In this document: in pieces, positions 41,263-54,731 of the stretch | Layout: every line of letters begins with the position of its first letter | Numbering within the stretch: position 1 is the stretch's first letter | NCBI GenBank assembly: GCA_958296075.1 | Contig: CATQHW010000001.1 | Coordinates: 783,859 to 847,858, forward strand | Source: an uncultured Spirochaetia bacterium | Lineage (GTDB): Bacteria > Spirochaetota > Spirochaetia > SZUA-6 > Bin103 | Direction: 5' to 3' | DNA length: 64,000 bases | Program-made: the position numbers and the translations under genes | The notes under the pieces: model-generated | The model's database searches: none | What the model was told of the DNA's origin: nothing | Seen by the model: the letters and a program-made list of their open reading frames with translations, nothing else

Positions 41263-42903
41263 TTACCCCGGCCGGGGCGAATCGAGCCAGACGCCATCCG
41301 GATACTCGTAGCGGACCTCCAACTCGATGTCCTCCACGGTGATGGCGAACTCGTCGGCCAGCCGTTCGTTGCGTGCCGCCATGCGCAGCGTCACCTCGTT
41401 GCCGCCGCGCCGCGGCAGGTGATCCGCCAAGTCGTATTCGAACCAGTCGAGCCCGGTCCAGCGCATGCAGTAGGCGCCCGGCCGCATCGGCGTGGCGCAA
41501 TCCAACAACTCGCCGTTCAGCCGCACCTCGACCTGGTCGTAGACCGTCATGTTGCGGAGGTGGACGCGCAGGCGGCACCCGCTCAGGCGATCCGTCTTGC
41601 CGCGCGCGTCGTCCGCCACCTCGATGGTGACCGCCAGCGGCTCGGCGCCGAGCACCGCCGGGATCTGCCGCTCGGTCTCCAGGCAGTTGGGGAACGAGTC
41701 GTGCGATCGCATGACCACGTAGGTCTTGTCCTTGAACTCCAGCCGCAACGGATCGCCGATGTCGTCCAGGGCGTCGCGGTTGTCGTAGTTGTAGGTCGGG
41801 GCGGTGCCGAAGTAGTTGAACACGTACAGGCCGGGAACCCCCTTCGCCACGTGGCGCGCGGCGATCGCGCGCGTCATCTCGTTGGTCATCCGCGTCATGA
41901 GCGGCGTACGGACGAACCAGCGCTTGTCATCGGAGTCGCCGGCCAAGTAGCCCTCCTCGATCGCGGGGTAGACCTGCGCGTCGGTCCGCGCGGTCAGCTC
42001 GACCCATTCGCCGGCGTCCTCTTCGGTGTCCTGACCGAAGAAGCAGGACGGGACCAGTATGTCGACCAGACCGTCGCGCACCCAGGCGCGCACGTCCAGG
42101 CCAAGGCGCTCGCTGCCGGCGATGGTGTTGGGCACGCGCGCGGCAAAGCCGATCGGCCGGCCGCGCGCGTCGCCGATACGGTCGAGCCCGGCGCGCATCT
42201 GCCGGATCAGGTCGGTCATCAGCGGCATGCCCGCCTGCTCTGCGCCGCGCTTGAAGTATCCGGGGCAACGCATGAAGTCGCACAGGAAGCCGTCGACGTC
42301 GTAGCGCTCGCACGCCTCGAAGGCCAAGTCGCGCCGCAGGTCGCGGACCGCCTGGTGGCCGTAGTCCTGGAAGAAGCGGAGCACGTCCCACAGTTTTTCC
42401 GGCCAGCCGGCGGCGCCGTCCTCGCCGATCCAGTACTCGGGGTGCTCCGCGAAGAACTCGCCCGACCAGAGGTTGGAGTCGTCGGCGTCGGCGCCAAGGT
42501 GGTGCCAATCGTTCATGGCCAGCCGGAACCAGAAGTCGACGCCGATGCGTTTGGCCTCCCGCACCTTGACCTCTTCCGGGTCGATGCCGGCTGCGAAGGC
42601 CAGGCGCAGGTGCTCCGCGTGGCGCCACAGTTTGACGCTGCCGACGCGGGCGTTCCGCTGCATCCGCTCTACGATGAACTCCGCGCCCTTGACCTCCGTC
42701 GGCCACCCCACGGTGAAGCCGGCGTTGGAGCCCATGGCGCCGACGTAGGCGTCGACCGGACGGCCCTGGAAGAAGCCGAAGTGCGCCTGCGCAATCCGTT
42801 CCGCCGAGATCGGCGGGTGATAGTACATCTCCTGCCCGGCGTTCTGGTCCCACATGACCCGGTAGCGCCGTACGCGCCGGTCCTTCCTCCGATCGTCAGC
42901 CAT
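41263..42903 (-). CDS. Hypothetical protein, glycoside-hydrolase-like TIM barrel (GHL10-like)
   Basis: MNDWH, YDVDGFLCDFMR, GLDVRAWVRDGLVD, YVFN. Confidence 0.72.
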   Translation of the reverse strand: MADDRRKDRRVRRYRVMWDQNAGQEMYYHPPISAERIAQAHFGFFQGRPVDAYVGAMGSNAGFTVGWPTEVKGAEFIVERMQRNARVGSVKLWRHAEHLRLAFAAGIDPEEVKVREAKRIGVDFWFRLAMNDWHHLGADADDSNLWSGEFFAEHPEYWIGEDGAAGWPEKLWDVLRFFQDYGHQAVRDLRRDLAFEACERYDVDGFLCDFMRCPGYFKRGAEQAGMPLMTDLIRQMRAGLDRIGDARGRPIGFAARVPNTIAGSERLGLDVRAWVRDGLVDILVPSCFFGQDTEEDAGEWVELTARTDAQVYPAIEEGYLAGDSDDKRWFVRTPLMTRMTNEMTRAIAARHVAKGVPGLYVFNYFGTAPTYNYDNRDALDDIGDPLRLEFKDKTYVVMRSHDSFPNCLETERQIPAVLGAEPLAVTIEVADDARGKTDRLSGCRLRVHLRNMTVYDQVEVRLNGELLDCATPMRPGAYCMRWTGLDWFEYDLADHLPRRGGNEVTLRMAARNERLADEFAITVEDIELEVRYEYPDGVWLDSPRPG

Positions 42904-42989
42904 CGTTCCTCCCGCGCCGCCGGTTTCCAGTGTGGCATGATAGCCGGACCGTGACTACGCAGCGCGCGGCGCACCAAGAGGGAGGGACG

Positions 42990-43784
42990 ATGACCGCCAC
43001 ACAGAAGTACCTGTTCGACCTGCAGGGTTTCCTGATCGTCGAGGACGTGCTCTCGGACGAGGAATGCGAGCTGGCCAAGCGCAAGATCCGCGAGCGCATG
43101 GAGCCGCTCGACAAGACGCCGGACGGCTACGACGCGCGCGGCACCTGGCACAGCGCGTGGGGGCTGGTGAACGCCGGGGAGCCGTTCACCACGCTGATCG
43201 ATCACCCCAAGCTGATCTCGGTCCTGACCGAGATCATCGGCCCCAAGCTGCGGCTGGAGGGCAACTACAGCTTCGTGCGCTCGCAGGGCTGCCCGCACTT
43301 CGAGATGCACGGCGGCCACCGCGGCGGCCGCGTGAACTTCCGCTACTACGTGCATGGCGATCAGATCTTCACCGGGCTCACCGTCGTGTCGTTCACCCTG
43401 CAGGACATAGCGGAGGAGGACGGCGGCTTCGCCTGCATCCCCGGATCGCACAAGTCGGACTTCCACGTCCCGCGCGAGGACCACAAGCGCCTGTTCGCGA
43501 TCGACGGCCCACTGGTGCGCAACATCGCGGCGCCCAAGGGCTCGGCGATCATCTTCACGGAGACGCTTGCCCACGGCGCCGCATCATGGCAGGGGGATGA
43601 GCCCCGCTACGGCGTGTTCTACAAGTACAACGACCGCGCGGCGACCTACGGCTACCGGCCCTATCGGACCCCCAGCAAGGAGACCCTGGCCAGGCTCACG
43701 CCGGCGCAGCGCGTCTTCTTCAACGGTACCTGGGAGGCGTTTGGCCCGGAGGACAACCCGCACAACGAGTACGCCGAGACCTGA
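42990..43784 (+). CDS. PhyH family dioxygenase
   Basis: YLFDLQGF, CIPGSHK, ETLAHG. Confidence 0.85.
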   Translation: MTATQKYLFDLQGFLIVEDVLSDEECELAKRKIRERMEPLDKTPDGYDARGTWHSAWGLVNAGEPFTTLIDHPKLISVLTEIIGPKLRLEGNYSFVRSQGCPHFEMHGGHRGGRVNFRYYVHGDQIFTGLTVVSFTLQDIAEEDGGFACIPGSHKSDFHVPREDHKRLFAIDGPLVRNIAAPKGSAIIFTETLAHGAASWQGDEPRYGVFYKYNDRAATYGYRPYRTPSKETLARLTPAQRVFFNGTWEAFGPEDNPHNEYAET

Positions 43785-43822
43785 GCGGTTCCGCGGCGCG
43801 GGTGGTCGTCGCGGGCGCCGGC

Positions 43823-46957
<3,135 letters not shown>

Positions 46958-46960
46958 CGC

Positions 46961-47037
46961 CTACTCCACCGCCGCCAGGGTCTCGCTACGAATGCCTGCT
47001 CGGTCCGACCCTCGCATACGACAATGACGAACCTCAC
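46961..47037 (-). pseudogene. Scar of a DUF4276-like (TOPRIM-like) partner of the ATPase
   Basis: Coupled GTG start VRFVIVVCEGRTEQAFV, joined out of frame to LAAVE*. Confidence 0.7.
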
Positions 47038-48155
47038 CGTGCCGGACCTCCGCTGATCACGTTCGCCCTCCACAGATCGCCCAGCGAGTACTCTTTCAGC
47101 CAATCTCGCAGAAGTTCCGAGTCCAGCCTCTCGAAGACTGACTCTCCATCAACGCGGCTGACGACCACGACGTCTTCCGGCCGGAACTCGCTGACCAAGT
47201 CGGCGGATTGCGTGGAGACGATCACCTGCCGCGCTTCGCTCGCAGACTGGAGCATCTCCGCCAGCAAGGTAAGCGCGAACGGATGCAGCCCCAGTTCGGG
47301 TTCATCGAGCAGGATCAACCGCGGCTGCATCGCGGCGGGCTGCAGAAGCAGGGCGGCGAGGCACATGAAACGGAGCGTGCCATCCGAAAGCTGAAGCGGC
47401 CCCAGCGGCGTATCGGCATCGTCGACGTGGTACCATTCGAGCTCCATGCGCTCATCGACATCCTTGCGATATACGAAGCCGCCGAAGAACGGGGCGGCCA
47501 GCCGCACGGTGTCAACGATCTCGCGCAGTTCATGCGGATGGCGCTCATGGAGAAATCGCAGAAACGGCCCCAGGTTGGCTCCGTCCGGCTTCAACCGCAG
47601 ATTGTCGCGCACCGCCTGCGGGCGACGCACGCCCGCCACCTCGCTGGTGTCGTGGAAGTGATACCCCTGCCAGTCTCGCATTACCGGAAGCACGTAGGTC
47701 GCAAAATCACCGACCCCGGTACTCGCCGCATGCGCTTCCAGGTGGCCGCCCGACCATGCCGCTCCGTCTCCGATCGGGAAAATCGTACCGGGAGCTATCG
47801 AGTCATACTCCTGTGGCACACCCGGCGCCACGCGCTCTCGCGCGAACGCCAGTCCGTCCGCCACCGGCTCGAGCGAAAACCCGTACCGATGGCTGCCGTT
47901 GAAGGATACCTCTACCTCCAGGATCGAAGTCCGCCGGCGACCGCCGAACAGCAAGGCGTCCGCTCTACCCTCCTGCTTGACGAAGAGCTGAAGCCTGTTC
48001 CGGACAAGCTGCGACAGGAGCCGGAACACGCTCATCAAGTTGCTCTTGCCCGCCCCATTCGCTCCGATGAGGACGTTCAGTCCGCGCAACTCGAAGTCTT
48101 CCAGCGCCCGAATCGACTTGAAGCCGCGGACCGTCACTCGATCTATCGCTGCCAC
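47034..48155 (-). CDS. ABC/SMC-like ATPase (AAA_21-type)
   Basis: GANGAGKSN, LSDGT, LLDEPE, STQS. Confidence 0.9.
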   Translation of the reverse strand: MAAIDRVTVRGFKSIRALEDFELRGLNVLIGANGAGKSNLMSVFRLLSQLVRNRLQLFVKQEGRADALLFGGRRRTSILEVEVSFNGSHRYGFSLEPVADGLAFARERVAPGVPQEYDSIAPGTIFPIGDGAAWSGGHLEAHAASTGVGDFATYVLPVMRDWQGYHFHDTSEVAGVRRPQAVRDNLRLKPDGANLGPFLRFLHERHPHELREIVDTVRLAAPFFGGFVYRKDVDERMELEWYHVDDADTPLGPLQLSDGTLRFMCLAALLLQPAAMQPRLILLDEPELGLHPFALTLLAEMLQSASEARQVIVSTQSADLVSEFRPEDVVVVSRVDGESVFERLDSELLRDWLKEYSLGDLWRANVISGGPAR

Positions 48156-48167
48156 TGCATGCCTTTC

Positions 48168-49195
48168 TCAGCCGTCAATCGAAGACACGTCGTTCGTTTC
48201 GACTATCGTCGTCTCGCTGTCCTCGTCCTCATTGGTGTCGATAGACACGATGCGCGCGTTACGCAAGGACAGTCGCTGACCGTACTGCTCCAGATCGCCT
48301 CTCATAGCGACCCCCGACTTCTGCCTATGAGCCTCGGTTCACTCAGAATCCTGTCGGGTTGTGGCTCGTGGTCGCGAAACGATCGCGCTGCTTCCCGTAG
48401 AATCGCGGCATCGGCCTTGGCGAACTCAACGCTCTGCCGCGCCGACTCCATCGGCCGTGTCCGGGACCAAGTGACGCTGACATCGAGCGTCCGAAAGGGG
48501 CTGATCATCCGGTCGAGCGCTTCGCACAGGTTGGCGCTGACCCCCTTATCGACCGCCTTCACAAAGGCTCCTCTGTCGCCTGCAACCGTGCTTTCCGTTG
48601 CACTCCGCGCAGCGCCGAGAGCCTCGATCAGGCGTTTTGTCATCCGTCGTTCGATCGGGGCGTCATCTTCGGGCGAAGTCGGAGGCGGAATCAAAACCAC
48701 CAGCGCGACAACGAAACTTCCCTGTTCTGTCTGTCCCAAGCGAACTCGGCTCAGAAGGTCAGTCGCGCCCTTGTCCGCCCTCTCGTGATACAGCTCCTGC
48801 GGCTTACGCAGCGAGCACGCCGCCGCAAGGAGCATGTCGCGGGAGCCGCCGACGAGGGCGACGCCGTCATCTACCGTCGGGCTCCCGTCATCATCTCCAC
48901 CGGCTCGCACTCGAACGACATCGCGGTTGGCATTAACCAGATCGCGATAGAGGGCAAGCTCGTCGCGCTCGGCGACCTTCGTGAAAATCTCGATTAGTTG
49001 GGCTACGACGCTTGCGTAGTCCCCCAAAAGTGATGTACGCGGCAGGATGATCTCAGGCAACCCCTCGGCGGCATACACGTCGGAGTACTCGCCGTAGCTC
49101 TCGACCTTGGCCCAACCCGCTGCCTTGGCGTAGGCCGCCAACGCATCGGGAGAAATGGCTTGCAACGCGTCGTTATCCCGGATGTCCACTCTCAT
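48168..49195 (-). pseudogene. Hypothetical partner of DUF4365, probable internal deletion or frameshift
   Basis: 297-aa ORF to 48302; a plausible C-terminus MRGDLEQYGQRLSLRNARI continues in another frame. Confidence 0.6.
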
Positions 49196-49701
49196 AGGAT
49201 TCCCCTCCTCGACTGGTTCATCAGCGAACGCAGACTGTCGACGTCGAACACGTTATTCCTCGGAATCGCGACCATAACCGACGCTCGGTTGTCTGTCTCC
49301 TTGGCGTCTTTCAAGTTCAACCAATAGGCACCCCGCCGCATAATCAGCTCGTCAGCCGCGATGGTGAGCCACTGTTCTTCGTCCCTGGGCAAGTCAAGCA
49401 CGACGAGCAGGCGAGGCGTTTGCGTCTCTTCACGAAGCAGATCGTAGTTTCGGAGCTTCAACGAGAATCGACGATAGCCGTCCGCAGATACACGGAGATT
49501 CACGGTTGCTTTCAACTGAAGGTCGATCGCTGGGCGCATCTTTCCACCGGCACATACTCGCAGATCGACGCCATCTCTGTCGAAATAGCACTCCGATGTG
49601 GCATACCCAGCGGCCGCCGCTACAGCTTGCACATATGCTCGGGACAGCGCCTCTTTTCGATCTCCCATTGTAAGCAGAGCATCGGTCATACGATTGTCCA
49701 T
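49192..49701 (-). CDS. DUF4365 family PD-(D/E)xK-like protein
   Basis: DRDGVD..IDLQLKAT, NYDLLR..PRLLVVL. Confidence 0.82.
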   Translation of the reverse strand: MDNRMTDALLTMGDRKEALSRAYVQAVAAAAGYATSECYFDRDGVDLRVCAGGKMRPAIDLQLKATVNLRVSADGYRRFSLKLRNYDLLREETQTPRLLVVLDLPRDEEQWLTIAADELIMRRGAYWLNLKDAKETDNRASVMVAIPRNNVFDVDSLRSLMNQSRRGIL

Positions 49702-49990
49702 AGGACGAAGCTCCAGTGCTTGCGACGATCCGCTCGCCCAAGCGGAGTAATCAACAGGTTACTCGCCGGCGGCCAACGTGTCAACGACGTAGTGCGTCAC
49801 GGCCCCAGTTCTTCGTTTCGCTCGTGTCTTACGTCGACCAGGAGTGACGCCACCGTAACTTCAAGGTCCGTCTCAGGCTGCCGCGCAAAGCGTTCCGCCC
49901 ACCCCTGCTGAAGTTCGTGCCCGACGGCCACTACTACGACCGTGCGGCTGCGGACACCCGCGAGACTGGACGCTGGTGTGGACACGTTGC

Positions 49991-50761
49991 TCATGCGGCG
50001 AGTTCCTCACGCGATCTCTCCCGATCAGACCATGGGACCGGCTGAACGTCGTAGCTGCGCATCGCGTCCAGTACACTTTGCGAGATCGGACGATCCGAAT
50101 CGTTGAGGATGGCGTACGCGTGGGCCGCAGGCGAGCGCACTTCCCGGGTGTCCAGCCAAGCGAACGTCATCGTCTGCGCGGTCTCGCGGTTCGGGCGATT
50201 GATCGCGCGCAGCACGCGCTCCGGTCGGTTCTTCGACTTCGGTATGACGAAATCGAACCTATGATCGTAACCGCTCCTGCCGGAGAATCTCACGTTGGGC
50301 GTATATCGGATTTCGCAGGTGTCGAGCCACGCCACCACGTCTTCGTAGAACAGGCCGGCGACCATAGGCGATGCCACATAGAAAAGGTCGTTGACCGCGA
50401 GCATCGCCTGCACGAGGTTGTGCTTCCGTAATGCGAAGTTGCTCGCCGACGCCCGCACTTCCAGCTCCTTCGACGTTTCGCTGATCTGCACTCCGAATCC
50501 GTTGAGGGCCGTCCTGAGCAGGTCTTGCCGCCTCGGGCTATCGATCGTACATCCCGACTGCTCCAGATCTGCAACGGTATAGCCGTCATCCGTCAATATG
50601 AACTCACCGTCTTGACGCTTGGCGTAAATTTGAAGAAAGTCGTTGTGTCGATCCAGATAGGGAGTGGTGATTTCGACCCAATCGCGTACTTCCCGCAGAC
50701 TCGTCTGATCCCGCAACCAATTCCAGTACCGATCCAGCAGCGACTGCACGTCGTCGATCAT
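49991..50761 (-). CDS. DUF1828/DUF1829 domain protein
   Basis: [33 protein letters not shown]. Confidence 0.85.
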   Translation of the reverse strand: MIDDVQSLLDRYWNWLRDQTSLREVRDWVEITTPYLDRHNDFLQIYAKRQDGEFILTDDGYTVADLEQSGCTIDSPRRQDLLRTALNGFGVQISETSKELEVRASASNFALRKHNLVQAMLAVNDLFYVASPMVAGLFYEDVVAWLDTCEIRYTPNVRFSGRSGYDHRFDFVIPKSKNRPERVLRAINRPNRETAQTMTFAWLDTREVRSPAAHAYAILNDSDRPISQSVLDAMRSYDVQPVPWSDRERSREELAA

Positions 50762-50990
50762 GTGAACAAACCCCGACGGGTAACAGGTCGTGCCACGATG
50801 GCGCAATAAGCCATACCATACTTCCCATGCGACGTGTACAGCGTACAGCAGCCAGTCCCACCGCTGCTCCACCCGCGGGGCCGGCGCTCCACGCCATGTC
50901 GCGGGTTCGCTTGCGGTAATGCATATTCTCACGCATTTACGCAATTTCGTCGCATCGATCGTTGAATTAACACTAATTCTCCCGTTCTCG

Positions 50991-52060
50991 CTATTTCCGC
51001 CGCGCTTTGTGTGCCGCCCAAATCCTATCTATCGACTCCATTTCCAGCGCCTCTCTCATCTTTTTGATCGCTTTGGGAGAATAGCGATGATATATTGTTT
51101 TTCCAATCCTTATCTCCTTATAGAATTCATCGTTGTCTCGAATTCGCAAATGGTCGATAAGCGCCAGTGACTTTGGAAGCGTCAGACCGACCTTACCCGC
51201 CAGCTGTTTCGCTCCAAGACTATAGAAATCCAACTCATTTACCCGTCGCATTGCGACGACGGCCTCTGCTTCCTCTTCCTCAGACTCTCGTTGAAGTCGG
51301 ACAGGTATTCCGTTATTCTTCGTAAGCCTTAGGCTGATCTTCGGGCCATCAAGATCTGAAGATATATTGATAGAAAATACCCCCGGAAAAACTGCCGGCC
51401 ACGGCTCACCGTCGGACAGACGTTTGCATATCTTGGCGAGATCATGATCGCTCGGCTGTTCGTAATCCCCACTTACCGCACCCTCCAGCACAGCCCAACT
51501 TCGTGCTTTGGCAATCGCATCCATCTTCCTTCTGGTCCCCGGTACTAAAAGCCGCCGTATTTCTTCGACATCCTTGTCGAACAGAGCTGACAAATCTCTA
51601 GGTGCCGTTGTCGACACCGGCAGGACTGTCTCGGGTAGATCGAGCACCATGCTCTGGTCAAAAACACTGTCGTGAATGTCGCGAAAAAGCGTAACGCCAG
51701 CTTGAGCGTAAAAGTACAACTCATGTTCTGACAAATCAAGCAGATAGTGCTGAGCTGCGTCGCGAAGCCCATTGATCGCCCGCAGAACAAGTGCGTACTC
51801 GGAAGTCAGAAATCTCAAGTTGCCATCGGTAAGCCCAATTCTTACGCACGCAGCGAATCCGATAGTTTGCTTTTCCCGCGGCTTTCGTATCTTACCTTGT
51901 CTATGCCGAATTGCCGCTTTCAGGAGCATCTCAAAGGAGTGATCCAGAAAGATTAGCACGGCCTCCGTTCTACCGAGGCGCCAGGGACGGTTGAAGTGTT
52001 CGATTGAAGCACCAAAGAGTTGATCGCTTTCTCGCGAAGTCGGCGAGCTTCCTTCCTCAC
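50991..52060 (-). pseudogene. DUF3644-like (HEPN-related) protein with a 1-nt frameshift near 52007
   Basis: VRKEARRLREKAINSLVL shifts into SIEHFNRPW..EMLLKA; RDAAQH is an Rx4H motif. Confidence 0.72.
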
Positions 52061-52062
52061 AC

Positions 52063-53742
52063 TTACAGCTCCGCTGTCTTTTCGACGTCACATAGTAGGA
52101 TCTCACCCGACAGCAGCTTGCGGAGGAGTAGATCGTGGACTTCTGACAGCAGCACGCATTCCCTTGTGTTCGCGACGATTTGATCGTAGAGCGGGCGAAC
52201 AGTCTCCTCATAGGCGGCAATTACCGCTCGCGACGGGACGACGACGGGAATTGTCCGGTACACGGCCTTGCTGATTTCGGCGAATGTGGAGCCACCCGCT
52301 ATGCTTCTAATGTAATCAAGGTTTTCGTAACACCAGAACAGGACGTATAGATCAGGTAGGCGGCCATTGCAGATCATGGCGATGAAGCCCTGGTTTATGG
52401 CGGCTGGCACTTCCGTGATCGCTAGATATCCGATAGGAGCACGCGACGACAAGAGAACCGTACCAATCGGAAGGACTCCCGAGCCGATCTTTTTCACTCC
52501 GGCATCGGTGATCTTCCTATTCGTCTGCACTAACACCGGTGAATGGAGCGCTGATAGATCTTTTGGCGTAGCCCAGTGATGCTTGCCGTTGTTCCAGTAC
52601 GCGGATTCCTTCGTACTGGGAGTACCGCCTCCCACAGTGTTCACTTCCTTGCCGATCTCGGATACCTCCCACCCTACCGGCCTGGCAACTAAATTCGAGT
52701 CGAGAAATCGGTCAGGGAACCGTTCGGTGAAATCTTCCGGCAGGCCAGTGTCGCGGCCTTCCATCTTGGCGCGCACGGGATCGAAGTCGACAAACCAGGA
52801 TTTGAACAACGCCCTCGCCATTTCCTCCAGAGTTTCGTTCATGCGGTGGTTCACCTCGATCTTGTCGTCGATCTTCTCAAGAACGTGGACGATGGCGCGT
52901 TGTTCTTCGAGAGGCGGAAGTGGGATGGAAATCGATCGAAGAAATGAGACCGGCTGCGCGATCGATGGTACGCCGACTTGAGACGTGTTCGCTAGTAACC
53001 GGTGCCGGCCTTCGTGCGTCTTGAAGTAGTACGCTATGAACTGCGGAATCACCTGTCGTCGATCACAGCGCAGATAGAACTGGCTTTGAGAGACGACGTA
53101 ACGGTCGTAGGTCGAATCGTCGGGAACATAGGCGACTTGGCCAATGGTTCCCCGGTGAGAGAATACTATGTCTCCTCGTTGTACGTTCGCGTTCTTCAGG
53201 CGCGCTGCATGTTCCTCCGTGATGAATTTGAATCCTGGGCTATCATCGACTCGTACTCCATGGAGATGCTGACCGCTGATGATCGGTATACCCTCCGGTA
53301 CGAACGTGTTCACTCGAATGGATGACCCGAACGGACCCATCGCTATCTTCTCGGCGATTTCCTCGATCCGCTTCTCCGGCCATACCACCTGTCGAGCGCG
53401 GTCCTTTTCTACGAACACCACGTGGTTCCGTCCGATCTGACGGTGGAATCCTTCCGGCAAGGACGCCCAGTCGCGCGCTTCCACCAGGAAGGGAACGGTG
53501 GACTCACCCACTGCCTCCATGAAGTCAGCAAGCCGCGAGTCGTCGATCCTGGCGAGACCGGGGCCGCGCAGCACGAGGTCGAGGTCGCTGCCGTCGTGGC
53601 TCTGGCCGTTCACGCGGCTGCCGTAGGCCCAGACTTCCACGTCGGACAGGTGCTTTCGCAGTAGCGCTTCGATGGTGGCGCGATGGCGGGCCGACAGGCG
53701 CAGCTTGCCGGCCGGCTGCCCCGCGGCCGGCAAGTCACGCAT
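52063..53742 (-). CDS. hsdS: Type I R-M specificity subunit with N-terminal MNT nucleotidyltransferase domain
   Basis: N-terminal YGSRVNGQSHDGSDLDLV; two TRDs, LPPLEEQRAI, ALFKSWFVDF, LLRKLLSGEI. Confidence 0.92.
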   Translation of the reverse strand: MRDLPAAGQPAGKLRLSARHRATIEALLRKHLSDVEVWAYGSRVNGQSHDGSDLDLVLRGPGLARIDDSRLADFMEAVGESTVPFLVEARDWASLPEGFHRQIGRNHVVFVEKDRARQVVWPEKRIEEIAEKIAMGPFGSSIRVNTFVPEGIPIISGQHLHGVRVDDSPGFKFITEEHAARLKNANVQRGDIVFSHRGTIGQVAYVPDDSTYDRYVVSQSQFYLRCDRRQVIPQFIAYYFKTHEGRHRLLANTSQVGVPSIAQPVSFLRSISIPLPPLEEQRAIVHVLEKIDDKIEVNHRMNETLEEMARALFKSWFVDFDPVRAKMEGRDTGLPEDFTERFPDRFLDSNLVARPVGWEVSEIGKEVNTVGGGTPSTKESAYWNNGKHHWATPKDLSALHSPVLVQTNRKITDAGVKKIGSGVLPIGTVLLSSRAPIGYLAITEVPAAINQGFIAMICNGRLPDLYVLFWCYENLDYIRSIAGGSTFAEISKAVYRTIPVVVPSRAVIAAYEETVRPLYDQIVANTRECVLLSEVHDLLLRKLLSGEILLCDVEKTAEL

Positions 53743-54166
53743 CGTCCGCTCCGTCGATGACGGCAGCCAACGTCTTGGCGTCAGCGATGAAGCCCGGCAG
53801 CAGCTTCAAGGTCGCCTCGGCGAAGCCTTCGCCATAGTCGTGGGCGATGTCGTTGCGGTTGTCGCGGTACTCCAGCCAGCGCTCGCAGACGTCCGCCGGC
53901 AGCAGGCCGTGCTTGGCGGCGTGCCGGAACACGTCCTTGAAGGTGAGCCGGTCGGCCTGCCGGTTGCTGGCGAACCAGGGTCGCAGGCGCTTCTTCAGCA
54001 GCTTGCCGCCTTGCTCCAGCACCAACTCGAACGCCTTGACGCAGGCGGCGTGGTAGATGTCGTAGAGAATGTCCTCGGCATCGTGGCCGCCAAGCTTGTC
54101 GAGCGCCAGCTCCAGGGTCCTGATGCAGCGCTTCAGATAAGTGGTGTCTATCGCCAAGTGGTCCAT
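53735..54166 (-). CDS. HEPN protein (HI0074-like nucleotidyltransferase substrate-binding family)
   Basis: ACVKAFELVLE, FKDVFR, RNDIAHDY (Rx4HxY); 8-bp overlap with MNT-hsdS. Confidence 0.88.
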   Translation of the reverse strand: MDHLAIDTTYLKRCIRTLELALDKLGGHDAEDILYDIYHAACVKAFELVLEQGGKLLKKRLRPWFASNRQADRLTFKDVFRHAAKHGLLPADVCERWLEYRDNRNDIAHDYGEGFAEATLKLLPGFIADAKTLAAVIDGADDA

Positions 54167-54337
54167 GGGTCCGGGTTCCAAACGTGAGTCGGCCAACGGT
54201 CCCGGTGAGTCCGCACGACCGAGCGCTACACCATACCACGGCGGACGCCCCGATTCGCGTCCTGCGGCGGCGCTTGACGTCGTACCGACCTCTTTACGTA
54301 CCGTACCATGCACGAAAGTCCGATAGGAGGCGCCCGC

Positions 54338-54621
54338 ATGGCGAGTGAACGGATCACGAGCTACACCGAGGCCCGTCAGAATCTCAAATCGTTGATGGAC
54401 AGCGTGATCGAGGATCGCGTGCCGGTGATCATCACGCGGACTATACGGGCGACCCGGTGAGCATGCTGTCCAAGGCCGAGTACGACGCGACGATGGAGAC
54501 CTTTCACCTGCTGCGGTCACCGCGAAACGCGGAACGCCTGCGCGACGCGATTGCCGGCATCGAAGCGGGTAACGTCGTGCACGTCGACCTCGCCGCCGGG
54601 GAGATCGCAGAGCGGCCGTGA
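54338..54621 (+). pseudogene. yefM: Phd/YefM antitoxin, frameshifted
   Basis: SYTEARQNLKSLMD..PVIITR, then in another frame METFHLLRSPRNAERL; GTAC repeats in the upstream promoter region. Confidence 0.85.
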
Positions 54622-54634
54622 GCCGGGACCGCTC

Positions 54635-54718
54635 GTGGCCATCGCATTCTCCCGGCAGGCTCGGGCAGACTACCGTAACGGTCGGTGCATCGTCGTTCAG
54701 TGTCGCTACCACTATTGA
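54635..54718 (+). pseudogene. yoeB: Txe/YoeB toxin scar (both termini fused, core deleted)
   Basis: VAIAFSRQARADYRNGRCIVVQCRYHY*; CRYHY is the typical YoeB C-terminus. Confidence 0.8.
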
Positions 54719-54731
54719 AACCGAGGTACCA

